A stretch of DNA of 42,950 bases, taken from the IMG/VR virus record IMGVR_UViG_3300025635_000041, positions 1 through 42,950 of that record. One strand, 5' to 3'. Made by a program: the position numbers and the translations under genes. The notes under the pieces were generated by a model. That model was not told the origin of the DNA. It ran no database searches and saw only the letters and a list, made by a program, of their open reading frames with translations. Of the stretch, positions 18,192-28,664 are shown one piece after another (positions within the stretch are counted from its first letter, which is position 1; every line of letters begins with the position of its first letter). The DNA is from a virus (lineage: Duplodnaviria; Caudoviricetes).

Positions 18192-19697
18192 TTATTCTCC
18201 TATTTTATTTAATGATGATGCCGTTAACGCCGTTAATAAAGAGCCTAATTGAGGGTCAAATTTACGCGGTGTTAATGCTATATTTGTAAGTGAATTATTC
18301 AGCCCTTGCAATCCTCTGTTAGCTACCATACCTGTACCAGCCAAAGCAGCCCCTTGCAAAGCTAACGCCGGATTAGTTAGTAACCCTGTAGCAAGTCCAC
18401 CAACCCCACCAGCACCTAAAGCTTTTTGGAAAGTATCGGAACCACCTTTTTTAACTAAAAATTGTTTTCCTATTCTAGCTAAATCTACTAATTCGTCATC
18501 ACCTAGTTTTGTTTGTGAAGCTTTTATATACTTACTTCCTTTTACACGGTTAAGAAGCTCAACTGGATTGATATTCCCATCCGTCGATTTCTCAAGCAAA
18601 GGCTCTACAGTTCTGTAATTACGCCATTCTTTTCGTGCAGTTTTTAATAACTCTACTTTTTCAGGAGTAATGTTTTTTGCAGCTATATCATCAATTGTAT
18701 CTACAATTTTCCCTATAAACTTTTTTGCACCACCCTCTGCGTCAATAGCGTTATTTAGGAATGTAGAACGTATATTAGCTAGCTTTTCCCCAGGCATTAC
18801 ACCGTTTTTAATATCCTGTAATGCCAGTTTAATATTACTATTAACTATCGCCAAAGAATCAGCACCAAGGCTATTAGGAGCTACTTGTGCAATGTTCTTT
18901 ATTTTCGATACATCAGAAGGGTCTATATTAATGTTTTGCCCTGTTAGCGTATTGCTAAATTTAATAGCCGCATCTTTGCGGAATTTTTGAATAATTTCAG
19001 GAGAAAGATTGTCCGCATCTTGTCCTAAAGTTTTTGCTAATGCTTTATTCCACGCTTGCATTTGATTAGCTTCAGAAGTATCAACACCACTCAAAGGTAT
19101 TTCTTGGCTAATTTTTTGTGCTGTATTAATTGCCCTTGAAGGCGCGACTTGATCTACTCTTAAAGGAACACCTAATTCTTGCGCCCTTTGAGCTAAAGAC
19201 CTAACAGCTCCTTGCGCCCTAGGCACTAATTGCTTTGCTGCAGCTGGTATTATTTTAGTAGCTGCCGCACCTAGTGGCGCAACTATTTCAGCAGCTTGAT
19301 CTATCCCAGGAACTTCGCCATTTACTTTTCCAGCGTTATTGGTCGCCATATCATATAACTGTTTTGCACCTTCACTTGGCAATGGAATTTTATAAGCAGG
19401 GGCAACATCAGCACCCATAGCTTGTTGGACACCCCTAGTCGCGTCATACGCTGATTGACCCACCATTACAGGCAAATCTAATGGCGACGCGGCTATCCCT
19501 GTCGCTATCCTTCCCGTCCTTCCAGCCAAGCTCTTTATAATACCTGCCATCATATCGTTTACTGGGTTAGCAGGTTCAGGAACATCAACAACGGGTTTTG
19601 GAGTAGGGAATTTCTTTTGCAGAACAGCTTTTATTTGCTCTGGTGGCATTTCGTCAGGAAATTCTAATTCTTGTCCATAAACTTCTACAACTGGCAT
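18192..19697 (-). CDS. Internal virion / DNA-ejection protein
   Basis: N-terminal EFPD.MP.E.I motif, Ala/Gly-rich, position among podoviral ejection genes. Confidence 0.7.
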   Translation of the reverse strand: MPVVEVYGQELEFPDEMPPEQIKAVLQKKFPTPKPVVDVPEPANPVNDMMAGIIKSLAGRTGRIATGIAASPLDLPVMVGQSAYDATRGVQQAMGADVAPAYKIPLPSEGAKQLYDMATNNAGKVNGEVPGIDQAAEIVAPLGAAATKIIPAAAKQLVPRAQGAVRSLAQRAQELGVPLRVDQVAPSRAINTAQKISQEIPLSGVDTSEANQMQAWNKALAKTLGQDADNLSPEIIQKFRKDAAIKFSNTLTGQNINIDPSDVSKIKNIAQVAPNSLGADSLAIVNSNIKLALQDIKNGVMPGEKLANIRSTFLNNAIDAEGGAKKFIGKIVDTIDDIAAKNITPEKVELLKTARKEWRNYRTVEPLLEKSTDGNINPVELLNRVKGSKYIKASQTKLGDDELVDLARIGKQFLVKKGGSDTFQKALGAGGVGGLATGLLTNPALALQGAALAGTGMVANRGLQGLNNSLTNIALTPRKFDPQLGSLLTALTASSLNKIGE

Positions 19698-20899
19698 TAT
19701 TCAAACTCTCCGGTTGCTGGGTTATACTTTAATCTTTTTGGCATTACTTTATCAGGAACGTTTTCTACAGTTCTATCTACATTCTCCACGCCAACGGTAT
19801 TACCACGCGCTGCATCTATAGCGCGTTTTGTAGCTTGTTTTACTATAGTTTTATATTCTTTTGCTGCATCATCAAAATCCTTAACACTTTGCGCCCTTTG
19901 CATTCTATTCTTTGCTTTAGTAGCTTTTTCGCCTTCTATCTCTGTTATTTGACCACCACCTTTTAATGTATCGTAAGCTTGTAAGAATGCATCGCCATTA
20001 ATTTGTTCCATCCGAGCTTTAAAATCAGCTTGTTTAGTACCGGGAACAACAGGAAGCAACGCGCCTTTTCCTACATAATATTTCTTGCCAGGATGGTCTA
20101 AGACCGCGTCTAAATGCTCACTTAAATATTGCGCACTATCCAATACTTGCGGTAAATTCTGTTGAGCTTTAGCTACAAATGCAGCGTTGGCTTTTCCTGT
20201 TTCTCTGCCAGTAGACTTAGCCTTTTCTATATTAGCTAAAGAATCCACAGCACCCGCGATGGGAACTAAATTCCCATTAGCGTCTCTTTGCATATTTTTA
20301 TCATACACTTTACCGAATCTGTCCATAATATCACGCTCTTCTTGAGAAGCGTTCATATAAGCTTTGGTAGTTTTTATTAAAGCAGGGTCTTCACCACCCC
20401 TTAAATCCTTCACAGCCTCAGCCTTAAGCTTGCTAATTTTCGCTTGTTCAGTTTGAGTGCTGAGCGGTGTAATACCCCTTTGCGCCGCATATTTCATAAC
20501 TTTAGACTTAGCATTACTGGCATTTACAGGGTCAGGGTCAGCATGCAAGTCTTGAAGGATAGACGCGTAAAGCTTAGGGTCACTACCCGCAACCTCAGCT
20601 ATAGCATCATCCACGCCTTTAGCCTCCGCATTACCTCTTGCTACTTGCTCTTTCATCTGGTTATAAATACCAGTTTCCATGTCTATATTAACTTTAGACT
20701 GGTCTTGGTTAAGTTTACGCATGGTATCAAAATAACTAGCCCCACCATTGTTTTGCGTAGTAAGTGCGGACGCAATATCTCTCAAATCAGAACCTGGCGC
20801 AGGTTGCATAGCATTACGCATTGCGTTCATTATTCTAGTTTGTTGCCCTCTTAGAGCATCTTCCGAATTTATACTTGTCATGAAGCCCCCTGTAACCAC
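19697..20899 (-). CDS. Internal virion / DNA-ejection protein (likely start 20881)
   Basis: AFLQAYDTLKGGGQITEIEGEKATKA..R motif; C-terminal KYNPATGEFE. Confidence 0.72.
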   Translation of the reverse strand: MVTGGFMTSINSEDALRGQQTRIMNAMRNAMQPAPGSDLRDIASALTTQNNGGASYFDTMRKLNQDQSKVNIDMETGIYNQMKEQVARGNAEAKGVDDAIAEVAGSDPKLYASILQDLHADPDPVNASNAKSKVMKYAAQRGITPLSTQTEQAKISKLKAEAVKDLRGGEDPALIKTTKAYMNASQEERDIMDRFGKVYDKNMQRDANGNLVPIAGAVDSLANIEKAKSTGRETGKANAAFVAKAQQNLPQVLDSAQYLSEHLDAVLDHPGKKYYVGKGALLPVVPGTKQADFKARMEQINGDAFLQAYDTLKGGGQITEIEGEKATKAKNRMQRAQSVKDFDDAAKEYKTIVKQATKRAIDAARGNTVGVENVDRTVENVPDKVMPKRLKYNPATGEFE

Positions 20900-21501
20900 G
20901 GCATTGAATTGCCTAAATCTACCCTATTAGAACCACCTTGATTGCTTAACATTTGGAATATATTCGATAATGAACCACCACTTTTTAAAGCGTCTGCACC
21001 AGCAGCAAATAAAGAAGGCGCTCTGTTGTTATTTATAGCTTGTGCTGCTTGTTGATTAGGTATCATTCCCCCATAATTAGATGCATTAGTTGAATATCCT
21101 CCTGCCGCATCTATAATCCTTTTTAATGCATTAGAGCGTGCGGTTTGATTGTTCAAATCACCCTGTTTGGTTAAAAACTGATTGACTGTTTCATCTTGCC
21201 TTTCTGGGTTAAAATATGAAGTCCTTCCCATTAACTGAGCTTTACGGTTTGCAGCTAAAAGATTAGAGATGAATTGTTGCGTACTATTATTTAATCCCTG
21301 GCTTTCTGCTGCGGTAATATTCTTAGTGATAGTATCATTAGGGTTTAAATACGCTTGTAACAACCTTTCGCGGTTTGCCATGGACTGTAATTGAGCAGTC
21401 TCGGCTGGCGTTTGTTGATAACCCTTCGCTGTATTTTTGGCTGCAGAAAGCGCACTTAATGCTGATAAACCCGTTGCTATCATAGGTAAATATTGTAACA
21501 T
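20878..21501 (-). CDS. Internal virion / pilot protein
   Basis: Hydrophobic Ala/Gly N-terminus then Q/N/A-rich body, follows the nozzle gene. Confidence 0.7.
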   Translation of the reverse strand: MLQYLPMIATGLSALSALSAAKNTAKGYQQTPAETAQLQSMANRERLLQAYLNPNDTITKNITAAESQGLNNSTQQFISNLLAANRKAQLMGRTSYFNPERQDETVNQFLTKQGDLNNQTARSNALKRIIDAAGGYSTNASNYGGMIPNQQAAQAINNNRAPSLFAAGADALKSGGSLSNIFQMLSNQGGSNRVDLGNSMPWLQGAS

Positions 21502-23492
21502 TACTTTCTCCCAAATACGTTACCATACAATGTGTAACTGCTTAATATATCCGCACCTACTGAGGTGTCGGTTGTTATTGTTAATTGCGCCTGCTTCCCC
21601 CGCCATCTAAGAGATGTTTTGGGGTTTGTTATTCCACTAGTCGTAGCCGTTACTACTACCGAATCCGTAGCTAATTGATCATAATCACCTACCACAGAAA
21701 TATTATACTTGATTGCTGCGGAAGTTTCAAAGACAGGTTTAATATATCTACCATCTTTTATTATAATATCTGTATTAGAGTCAGCTTCTTGTAATGTGTG
21801 CCAAGGGGAAACATAACTAGTATTAATATTTACCCTATCCCCATTAGCTGAAGCATCGTAATATATACCACTTACATCAAACTGGTATGCCTGCGAAGTG
21901 GTTGCAACTATTAAATCACCATTACGTTTAGTTAAATAATAAGTTCCTGTTGCAAGTGGCCCTGTAAATTTCGTAAATGTCCCAACAGGATTAAATTTAC
22001 CATTTGAATAAATAGGGGTATAATTATAATTATAAATAACGTTTCCTATTTTCATCATTACCCAATTTCTCCTAGGATAATGTATTAATTGTACATTTTC
22101 AGGTGTAGATTCCTGGGCTTGTAAAGCTTGAATAATCTCAGTTTTAATTTGCTCTGATTTATTATTTGTAGTGGTATTCTTACTATCAAACGCCGCCATA
22201 AATCCACGCAGACCATCATAGCCTATGTATAACATTTCGTTGCCAATATTCTGTAATGAATAAGGACTAAATGCGCCTTGAGGAAATAAACCAACAGGGT
22301 CTAAGTCAATTACGTCAGCTGTCACATCTTGAATTGGACTTGTTCCATCTGTAACCCATACAGCCCTTTTTCCTCCTACCACTAGATAACGTCCGAAAGT
22401 AGATAATGTTTGCAGCCTATCCCCTTGCGCTTGTCTAGTTCCGTAATCTATAGTTACACTTGAAAGAGTCTTACTAAATGTACTAAAATCCTCGGGGTCA
22501 TTCGGCCCCGATACACGAATCTTTGTGGGGTCTCTTGCGTCAATTAAATGTAATCTCCCATAATGCACATGCGCATATGAGGCTATAGGCATTGCTTCTT
22601 TGAGAAACACAAGACTATCACCAGCAGTTTGTCCAGCTACACTAGTCACTGATATATTAGAACTTACCGTAGTAACTTGAGTTATTGCGGTTCGTGTTGT
22701 GTTATAGATATAATCGCCTATAGCTATTTCAGTTGTCGAAAAATCAAAAGCCGTGACCGAAATAGCCAATGCATTAGTTGCTGCACCCGCTACTGCTACG
22801 TTATCTACAGAACCGTAATTATTAACCCCTATGGGAATAATATTTTGCTCTACTAGATCAAAAATCCTATATGCATTACCTGGAGCTGGAGAAGCCGTTC
22901 CTCCCACCCCTGTACTGCGCGTTAGTATATCTAAAGCAGACGTTCCTACACTTGTAATTAAAGAAAATATATTACCAGTTCCAAGTCCTGTATCGTATTG
23001 GAAATTAACTATATCGTTTACTGCAACATTTGTTAAACGCCAATTACTTATATCAGAATCATATAATTGAGTAGCAGAAGTAGGGGAAGCCGCCACTCCT
23101 TTAGTAATTATAGAATGTAATTGTTGATAGTTATTCCCACCAGTATAATATTGAGGCCTAGTTATACCATCCACTATAATTAACTTTTCGTTCATCTGGA
23201 CTGAAACTGTCCGCCCCTCGAATTGCCCAGCTGTAAATGCGCCGCGCCCTAAAGGACTGGTTTTTGTGGCAAAAGTTATAAATTGGCTACTTCCTGAAAC
23301 ATCTATATACTCTCCTATTCCTTTCCAGGGGCCACCTGAGGCTATTCCTTGCGTTCCTCTTCTCTTTTCTAAATCACCTAACATATTATAAAATCTATTT
23401 ACTATATTAGGCGAAAAGTCCAAAGGCTGTAATTTACTTGATGATTCTGTACCAAGTCCAAGGGAGGCGGGTTTATACTTTACTATCTGCAT
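21501..23492 (-). CDS. Tail nozzle / stabilisation protein (tubular protein B-like)
   Basis: N......G.L.KR.G N-terminus, H.GRL, VSGPNDPEDF beta-propeller motifs; follows the adaptor. Confidence 0.78.
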   Translation of the reverse strand: MQIVKYKPASLGLGTESSSKLQPLDFSPNIVNRFYNMLGDLEKRRGTQGIASGGPWKGIGEYIDVSGSSQFITFATKTSPLGRGAFTAGQFEGRTVSVQMNEKLIIVDGITRPQYYTGGNNYQQLHSIITKGVAASPTSATQLYDSDISNWRLTNVAVNDIVNFQYDTGLGTGNIFSLITSVGTSALDILTRSTGVGGTASPAPGNAYRIFDLVEQNIIPIGVNNYGSVDNVAVAGAATNALAISVTAFDFSTTEIAIGDYIYNTTRTAITQVTTVSSNISVTSVAGQTAGDSLVFLKEAMPIASYAHVHYGRLHLIDARDPTKIRVSGPNDPEDFSTFSKTLSSVTIDYGTRQAQGDRLQTLSTFGRYLVVGGKRAVWVTDGTSPIQDVTADVIDLDPVGLFPQGAFSPYSLQNIGNEMLYIGYDGLRGFMAAFDSKNTTTNNKSEQIKTEIIQALQAQESTPENVQLIHYPRRNWVMMKIGNVIYNYNYTPIYSNGKFNPVGTFTKFTGPLATGTYYLTKRNGDLIVATTSQAYQFDVSGIYYDASANGDRVNINTSYVSPWHTLQEADSNTDIIIKDGRYIKPVFETSAAIKYNISVVGDYDQLATDSVVVTATTSGITNPKTSLRWRGKQAQLTITTDTSVGADILSSYTLYGNVFGRK

Positions 23493-24217
23493 TAACGCCC
23501 CCTTCTGCCGCGAGGTGGCACAAAGAACGTGTCGCTTCCAGTATCTCCATTAAAACGGTTGTAAGTCTCACTTACGTATTTTTTAAACATAGTGTATTCT
23601 TGTTGCCATTCTTGCGATTGATTGCCTCTTTCTTCATCCCTTAAAGTATAAGCAAGCAATCCCTGTGCTATCATCCTTGAAGGAAATTCAGGTATTGACG
23701 AAGTATCTGCCGTAGTTATTAATGCAGGTTTCTTATAATACGCCACATTAAAATTAGCACTAGCTTGTGCCGTAGTTGGAGTGGGAAATACCCTTACCCT
23801 TGGATTACCAGTAACTACGTTATCAACACCAACTAACGCAAATTGTGTAGGTACGCCATAAGCTTTAACCCTATTTAACCTACGTATATCATCTAAAGTA
23901 ACTAACCATAGCGGGGCTATTTGACTACCGAACTGTATCTCGTGAATATTCTTTGTCGCAACTGAAGTATTAAATACCCAATCGGACGTAGAAGAATTTG
24001 CCGTAGTAAAGGCAAAACTTTCCTCCCTGTACATTTCCTGCCAATCACCAAAATCTGATATTTCAGTTATAACATCATTCATATAGTCAATCATTGCCAT
24101 GCCAAGCGTGTCTTGACCTAACGTAGATATTTCATTCACGCCTAATTTACGGCGCGTTTCATTAAATAATTGGATATATGTTTTTCTGGTATCTAATATA
24201 CTAGATGTCATGAGCAA
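23492..24217 (-). CDS. Head-tail adaptor (tubular protein A-like)
   Basis: TY..L.N...KLG, G.PT.F, RVFPTP, D.S.IP motifs; synteny. Confidence 0.75.
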   Translation of the reverse strand: MLMTSSILDTRKTYIQLFNETRRKLGVNEISTLGQDTLGMAMIDYMNDVITEISDFGDWQEMYREESFAFTTANSSTSDWVFNTSVATKNIHEIQFGSQIAPLWLVTLDDIRRLNRVKAYGVPTQFALVGVDNVVTGNPRVRVFPTPTTAQASANFNVAYYKKPALITTADTSSIPEFPSRMIAQGLLAYTLRDEERGNQSQEWQQEYTMFKKYVSETYNRFNGDTGSDTFFVPPRGRRGR

Positions 24218-24600
24218 ACCGTAAACAAATGATTAGCGGGTCCAAATGGAGTAGGTACATTAGTTTGCCCTACATCCACAGGAACACAATTACCAACTTG
24301 AAAATCTTGTAATCCAGGGTTGGAAAACGGAATAGGTCTTGGGTCATTGCAAGGGCGTATAAAATCCTGCGGCTGCTCATAATCAGCATACCGCTTAGTT
24401 ACACGCTCACCTGTGTAGTCTTTTTTTACCTTATCAGAATAACGCGTCATACCACTTTCTGAATCAATAATTAAAAAACTACCTTTTTTCCACCTATTAC
24501 GCATTCCCGATGACATTATATCAACCCCACTACCGTTGCTGTCCCCGCTGCACCTATTTTTTGTACCTTTACCCTCGTAAATGGAGCTTCTAATTGGCAA
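24208..24600 (-). CDS. Conserved head-completion-region protein (true start probably ~24516 or 24504)
   Basis: I.D..SG......K...G..V....D..QPQ......DP pattern typical of this locus. Confidence 0.65.
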   Translation of the reverse strand: MPIRSSIYEGKGTKNRCSGDSNGSGVDIMSSGMRNRWKKGSFLIIDSESGMTRYSDKVKKDYTGERVTKRYADYEQPQDFIRPCNDPRPIPFSNPGLQDFQVGNCVPVDVGQTNVPTPFGPANHLFTVCS

Positions 24601-24860
24601 CTAAAATAAGTACCTGCTGCACTAGTAAACACCGTTGCCGTAGCTGTAACCACCACACTAGTTGTAGTACTGCCATCATTAGCAAATTGCGGAACTACCG
24701 TTTCAGTAAGAACTACAATAATATCGCCTGTATCCGCTCTTACGCCAGATATAGAACGTATCTTATCGTTCTCACACCTATAGTCTGTGTTAAACGTCCC
24801 ATATGTTCCCGCCGAACTCTGAGCATTCATAAATAGGACGGGCGTTAAAAATGTAGCCAT
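24516..24860 (-). CDS. Thr-rich virion structural protein
   Basis: Beta-rich, T/V/A-rich; structural operon. Confidence 0.7.
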   Translation of the reverse strand: MATFLTPVLFMNAQSSAGTYGTFNTDYRCENDKIRSISGVRADTGDIIVVLTETVVPQFANDGSTTTSVVVTATATVFTSAAGTYFSCQLEAPFTRVKVQKIGAAGTATVVGLI

Positions 24861-24862
24861 AA

Positions 24863-25294
24863 CTACCCCCTAATGATTCCACCTATTATAGTCACGTTTA
24901 TTTTGCCCTCTGTAAACTGAGCCGCAGAGGCCGCCACAGAAGCCGTAACTTTAACAACTATTGTTTTAGCACTAACCGCTTCTTTTGTGAGTGTAGATAA
25001 ATACTGTCCTACAGCTTGTACGCCGTTAGTTGTGCCATATTGAGTATCCGTGCTACCATCACCAAGAAGAATTTTACCACCTTGAGACAAACTAGAACAT
25101 GCTACTGTTACAAAGCCATTACTAGCATGTAAGAAAGCGTTATCGGGTAAAGTAATAGTTTTATCTCTGCCGCCAGCAGAAACTGTAACCGTACGAATAA
25201 ATGCCACACCTGCTTGTGTGTTTAATGTAGACCCCTGCCCATTATCGGGACCACCTACTGATAAAATAGGAAATGTTGTTGAACCTGCTGTCAT
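24863..25294 (-). CDS. Capsid decoration-like protein
   Basis: TLP.NA.L...V...., GDG...Y, G...VT motifs; directly after the capsid gene. Confidence 0.7.
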   Translation of the reverse strand: MTAGSTTFPILSVGGPDNGQGSTLNTQAGVAFIRTVTVSAGGRDKTITLPDNAFLHASNGFVTVACSSLSQGGKILLGDGSTDTQYGTTNGVQAVGQYLSTLTKEAVSAKTIVVKVTASVAASAAQFTEGKINVTIIGGIIRG

Positions 25295-25313
25295 TTTAAA
25301 TGTCCTTATGTAA

Positions 25314-25335
25314 AGGGGGAGAATTAACTCCCCCT
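25314..25335 (-). terminator. Intrinsic terminator after the capsid gene
   Basis: AGGGGGAG-TTAATT-CTCCCCCT hairpin followed by TT(AC). Confidence 0.7.
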
Positions 25336-25359
25336 AATTAATTGAGTAAAATCAATATA

Positions 25360-26259
25360 TTAAGCCCCAGCGGTGCCATATATACATCTCCAATCATCGA
25401 ATCCAGTACTGAATCTTGTAGATGTTTTAATCTTCAAGTTATCAGTAGCAAAGTCGTTGTCTTTCTGTATTTCAGCAGCACGTCTACGGAAGAACTTCAG
25501 TTTAGAAGGGTTGTTGGTCATTAAGAACCAAGCATCCTGGTCTGTTATAAAGTTAGTCGTAACAGGCTTAATGTTCATATTAGATATAATATTAACATCG
25601 TTGTTGCCAGTTTGAGTTTCGTACTGAGTTTCAAGAATCTTCCTAACTGTAAAGTATAAACTTCTACCAGTTACAATTTTCTCTACTTCAGTATTAAGCC
25701 TTAAACCTTGGTCGTCACGGAAGTCTTTAACGTCAATAATACCTTGCTCTAGTGAAGTCTGAACTAAGTCAGCTGCGCTAGATGGTGTATTAGAACCTGT
25801 TCCTCCTGTGCCTACCAATGGGTGAGACGCGCTAATTAAAGATACGCCATCAGGACCAGTAGTTGAGAATGCGTTGTTAAGAATGTTAGTAGCAACGATT
25901 TCCTCAGTCTGTCTCATTGATTCAGCAAGTAGACGTGGAATCTGGTTGATTTGATTGTATAAATCATCTTCAACCATTTCCCTAGTTACCACGCCACCTA
26001 TTGAATAGGTAAGGTGCAAGAACTCTTGCTGGAAGCCTTGGAACATTTGCGAGAATACCGCCTCTTGGCCTTGCTCTTTAACCGCAGCTAAAGGGAAGCC
26101 TGTTAAGCCTTGTACTTTCTCAAACGCTTGTTTACTGGTCATTACGTCCATGAACTCAGTATACATCGTTGGATGTCCATCATACCTAGTACCATAGATT
26201 TCTTTAATACCAGGCCATAATAGTTCGGCAAAATTGCCGGTTGTCATTACTGCTGCCAT
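25360..26259 (-). CDS. Major capsid protein (HK97 fold, Mu gpT-like)
   Basis: LL.PG, S..AFE, TREMVED.LY, LA.SM..T.E..A..ILN.AF, DGVSL.S.SHP, TD.DAWFL, R.S.G..DWR..YG..GA. Confidence 0.9.
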   Translation of the reverse strand: MAAVMTTGNFAELLWPGIKEIYGTRYDGHPTMYTEFMDVMTSKQAFEKVQGLTGFPLAAVKEQGQEAVFSQMFQGFQQEFLHLTYSIGGVVTREMVEDDLYNQINQIPRLLAESMRQTEEIVATNILNNAFSTTGPDGVSLISASHPLVGTGGTGSNTPSSAADLVQTSLEQGIIDVKDFRDDQGLRLNTEVEKIVTGRSLYFTVRKILETQYETQTGNNDVNIISNMNIKPVTTNFITDQDAWFLMTNNPSKLKFFRRRAAEIQKDNDFATDNLKIKTSTRFSTGFDDWRCIYGTAGA

Positions 26260-26264
26260 AGTTG

Positions 26265-26861
26265 TTATACTCCTGTATTATTAACGCCAAAGGCTGCAAA
26301 GTTGATTTTTACCTCAACTACGCCTTTACCGTTTGCGTTTCCATATTCCGAAGCATAACCATTCACTAGATCGGTAGGAGCTAGCCCTACTATCTGGAAT
26401 TGTCCATCTGCTGAAGTAGATGTTGCTTTCTTTAGCGTCATGCCGCTACGTCCTGCTGCTGTTACTGGTGTACCCGCGCTTACAAATGCGTTACTACCAA
26501 TCAAAGCCGCTGATGCAGTTACATCTATTAATGCTAAAAATGTCTTATATGGGTCTGTAGATATTGTTACAAAACCTGCCTGGCTAGACTGTAGATATAA
26601 GCCAGTGCTAGGTAAGTTAAATGTTAATGGGGCTGGTTGTCCGGCGTTATTTGATTTAAATATGCCTTGTACAATCCCCCATATGTTGCCTGTAGAACCT
26701 GCAGGCGCTGCCTTTCCAGTAGTTTTCATCTTTACTGCGTCACCAATAAAAAATTGGTTTCCTGTAGATGATGAAACTGGCACGGTGATGCATATATCGC
26801 TACCACCATTTAAAGAACGGCAACCCTGAAATCCCGCAACAGTCTGTGATGTAGCTGTCAT
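26265..26861 (-). CDS. Head decoration/cement protein
   Basis: GF.......G, F.GD.V, G...G, DP..TF, G.SG, V.VKIN; conserved position before the capsid gene. Confidence 0.7.
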   Translation of the reverse strand: MTATSQTVAGFQGCRSLNGGSDICITVPVSSSTGNQFFIGDAVKMKTTGKAAPAGSTGNIWGIVQGIFKSNNAGQPAPLTFNLPSTGLYLQSSQAGFVTISTDPYKTFLALIDVTASAALIGSNAFVSAGTPVTAAGRSGMTLKKATSTSADGQFQIVGLAPTDLVNGYASEYGNANGKGVVEVKINFAAFGVNNTGV

Positions 26862-26872
26862 TCGTGATTCTC

Positions 26873-27403
26873 CTAATTAATTTCAATTGTTGTTTTTATA
26901 TTAGCTGCCCTAGCTATCGCTGAGCCGCCTTGTTCTGGTATTAATTTTGCTCTTGTCTGCTTTTCTGTTTCGTTGCGGTGATATTCTTCACGCGCTATTG
27001 CCATTTCTTCAGGAAGCAACATAGCTATCAATTCATTGTGAACTATGGAACTTTCTGCTTTAGCAATCGGCCTATCGTTTAGCTTTTTGTAGTAATTACC
27101 CATTTCAACGTCCATGTTATGCTCTAACCGATTGGCAGTTACCCACCCTTCGTATTGCAATCTACGCACGTTTTCTAAAGTATTACTCTTCCAAGCCGCC
27201 CTAAATCCTGGCGGTGCTTTCAATTCGGGTAAGCGCCTAGCAGGTTTAAATTCGACTTTTTGGCCTTTTTTCTTCTCAACTGGTGTCTTATCTGCTTTTT
27301 TAGCTTTCGCAAGTTTCTCCTCGACAACGTGTTGTTCTAAGATATCTTGCTCAACTAATTTCTCTTTCTCTTTTAGTGTACTCATTTTTTTTGCTCCTTG
27401 CAA
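26873..27403 (-). CDS. Conserved head-assembly-region protein
   Basis: L..PPGF...W......N......GW, L..M..P......R..Y; between scaffold and decoration genes. Confidence 0.7.
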   Translation of the reverse strand: MQGAKKMSTLKEKEKLVEQDILEQHVVEEKLAKAKKADKTPVEKKKGQKVEFKPARRLPELKAPPGFRAAWKSNTLENVRRLQYEGWVTANRLEHNMDVEMGNYYKKLNDRPIAKAESSIVHNELIAMLLPEEMAIAREEYHRNETEKQTRAKLIPEQGGSAIARAANIKTTIEIN

Positions 27404-27405
27404 AT

Positions 27406-28317
27406 CTAGGTCATTAATTGTTTCTGGCGCGCGTATCTTTCAGGTGAAATACCCATATTACGCGCTACATTTATTTCTGCTTGCGTTAGTCTAACTGTAG
27501 TTTTGGTTGGTGCATTATTGCTTTCAGATGACAATACTGAGGTATGTGCATTATTTTTTTTACCCCTAAGGCGTTCATCCATTACATCCATAATAGTTTT
27601 AATATCAACTTGTTTCCCAGCCGCCGCAAACTCCTTAGGAATGCTTTCAAATAACTCTAAAGCTTTATCGTTATCTGGATGCCCATCATAAAGATAACCC
27701 CTTAAAGGTTTTCCAGTCACGTCTTTTTCGGCAGCTATCACTTCAAGATAAGCCGCATTACGAAGATACTGCGCCTCAAATTGTTGCTTTTGCGGGTCTA
27801 CTCTTGGCTTAAGCTCTGGTTTTTCAACTGGTATTTTCTCAACCAATCTCTTTTCTAACTTTAAATCCAGCAATCTATCTTCTATGGATTCTATAGCTTC
27901 ATAATCATTTTCCTCCCTTGCGATACGCAATTGTGTTTTAAGGTCAGACTCGATCTTATTTACAGCTGTATTTTTATTTTCTTGCTCAAACTTATTAAGT
28001 TTCTCTTGGTATTCAGCAAGTTTTTCTTCCATGAGTTTATTATGCTCAAGTATCGCCTGATTACGCGCATCAGAACCCTTTACCTGGCGATAAAGATCAT
28101 TAATGCGTTCCTGTACCTTTGGGTCATCTGTTTTTACAAACTCTGTACGTCTTGGTTCTTTTGGGGTTTCTATAACTACATCCACATCTGGAGTAGCTTC
28201 TGCAATAACCTCTACTTCTGGTTCTGCTTCTTTAGATATAGGCTTTAGGGATTTAATAGCCTCGCTAAGTTTGTTTTCAGCGGTGTCTATTGCTTTTTGG
28301 GATTCTATATTACTCAT
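27406..28317 (-). CDS. Scaffolding protein
   Basis: Acidic coiled coil, VQERINDL, C-terminal VRLT..E..VA..MGIS.E.YA. Confidence 0.82.
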   Translation of the reverse strand: MSNIESQKAIDTAENKLSEAIKSLKPISKEAEPEVEVIAEATPDVDVVIETPKEPRRTEFVKTDDPKVQERINDLYRQVKGSDARNQAILEHNKLMEEKLAEYQEKLNKFEQENKNTAVNKIESDLKTQLRIAREENDYEAIESIEDRLLDLKLEKRLVEKIPVEKPELKPRVDPQKQQFEAQYLRNAAYLEVIAAEKDVTGKPLRGYLYDGHPDNDKALELFESIPKEFAAAGKQVDIKTIMDVMDERLRGKKNNAHTSVLSSESNNAPTKTTVRLTQAEINVARNMGISPERYARQKQLMT

Positions 28318-28591
28318 ATACTACCCCCAGCAAATCTTCGTCTTGGCACATAAAATATTCTTCGTCTTTAATCTTTGTCCAAGCCCCTGAGAACTTAGCA
28401 AACATTACCTTTTGGCCTACTAGGTCTTTTAGTACATCATCGCACGTATGGCCTAACGCAACAATTATTCCTTCTTCTTTATTGTATTTACCAATAGCTT
28501 GTTCTGGTAAAATAATAGAACCCACCTTCTCCTTTTTTTCTCGTTTCAATAATACACGCGCAAACAAAGGCGTGAACGGTATCTTACTCAT
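28310..28591 (-). CDS. groES: Co-chaperonin GroES
   Basis: PLFARVL, GSIILPE, G.IVALG, VG.KV.F.K..G, EEY....EDLLGV. Confidence 0.88.
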   Translation of the reverse strand: MSKIPFTPLFARVLLKREKKEKVGSIILPEQAIGKYNKEEGIIVALGHTCDDVLKDLVGQKVMFAKFSGAWTKIKDEEYFMCQDEDLLGVVYE

Positions 28592-28664
28592 TGCTTTTCC
28601 TCTATTAATGTTTTATACTTACCTACAAGAACCACCTGCGAGGCCGTCATTAATAGTGGCGGCC

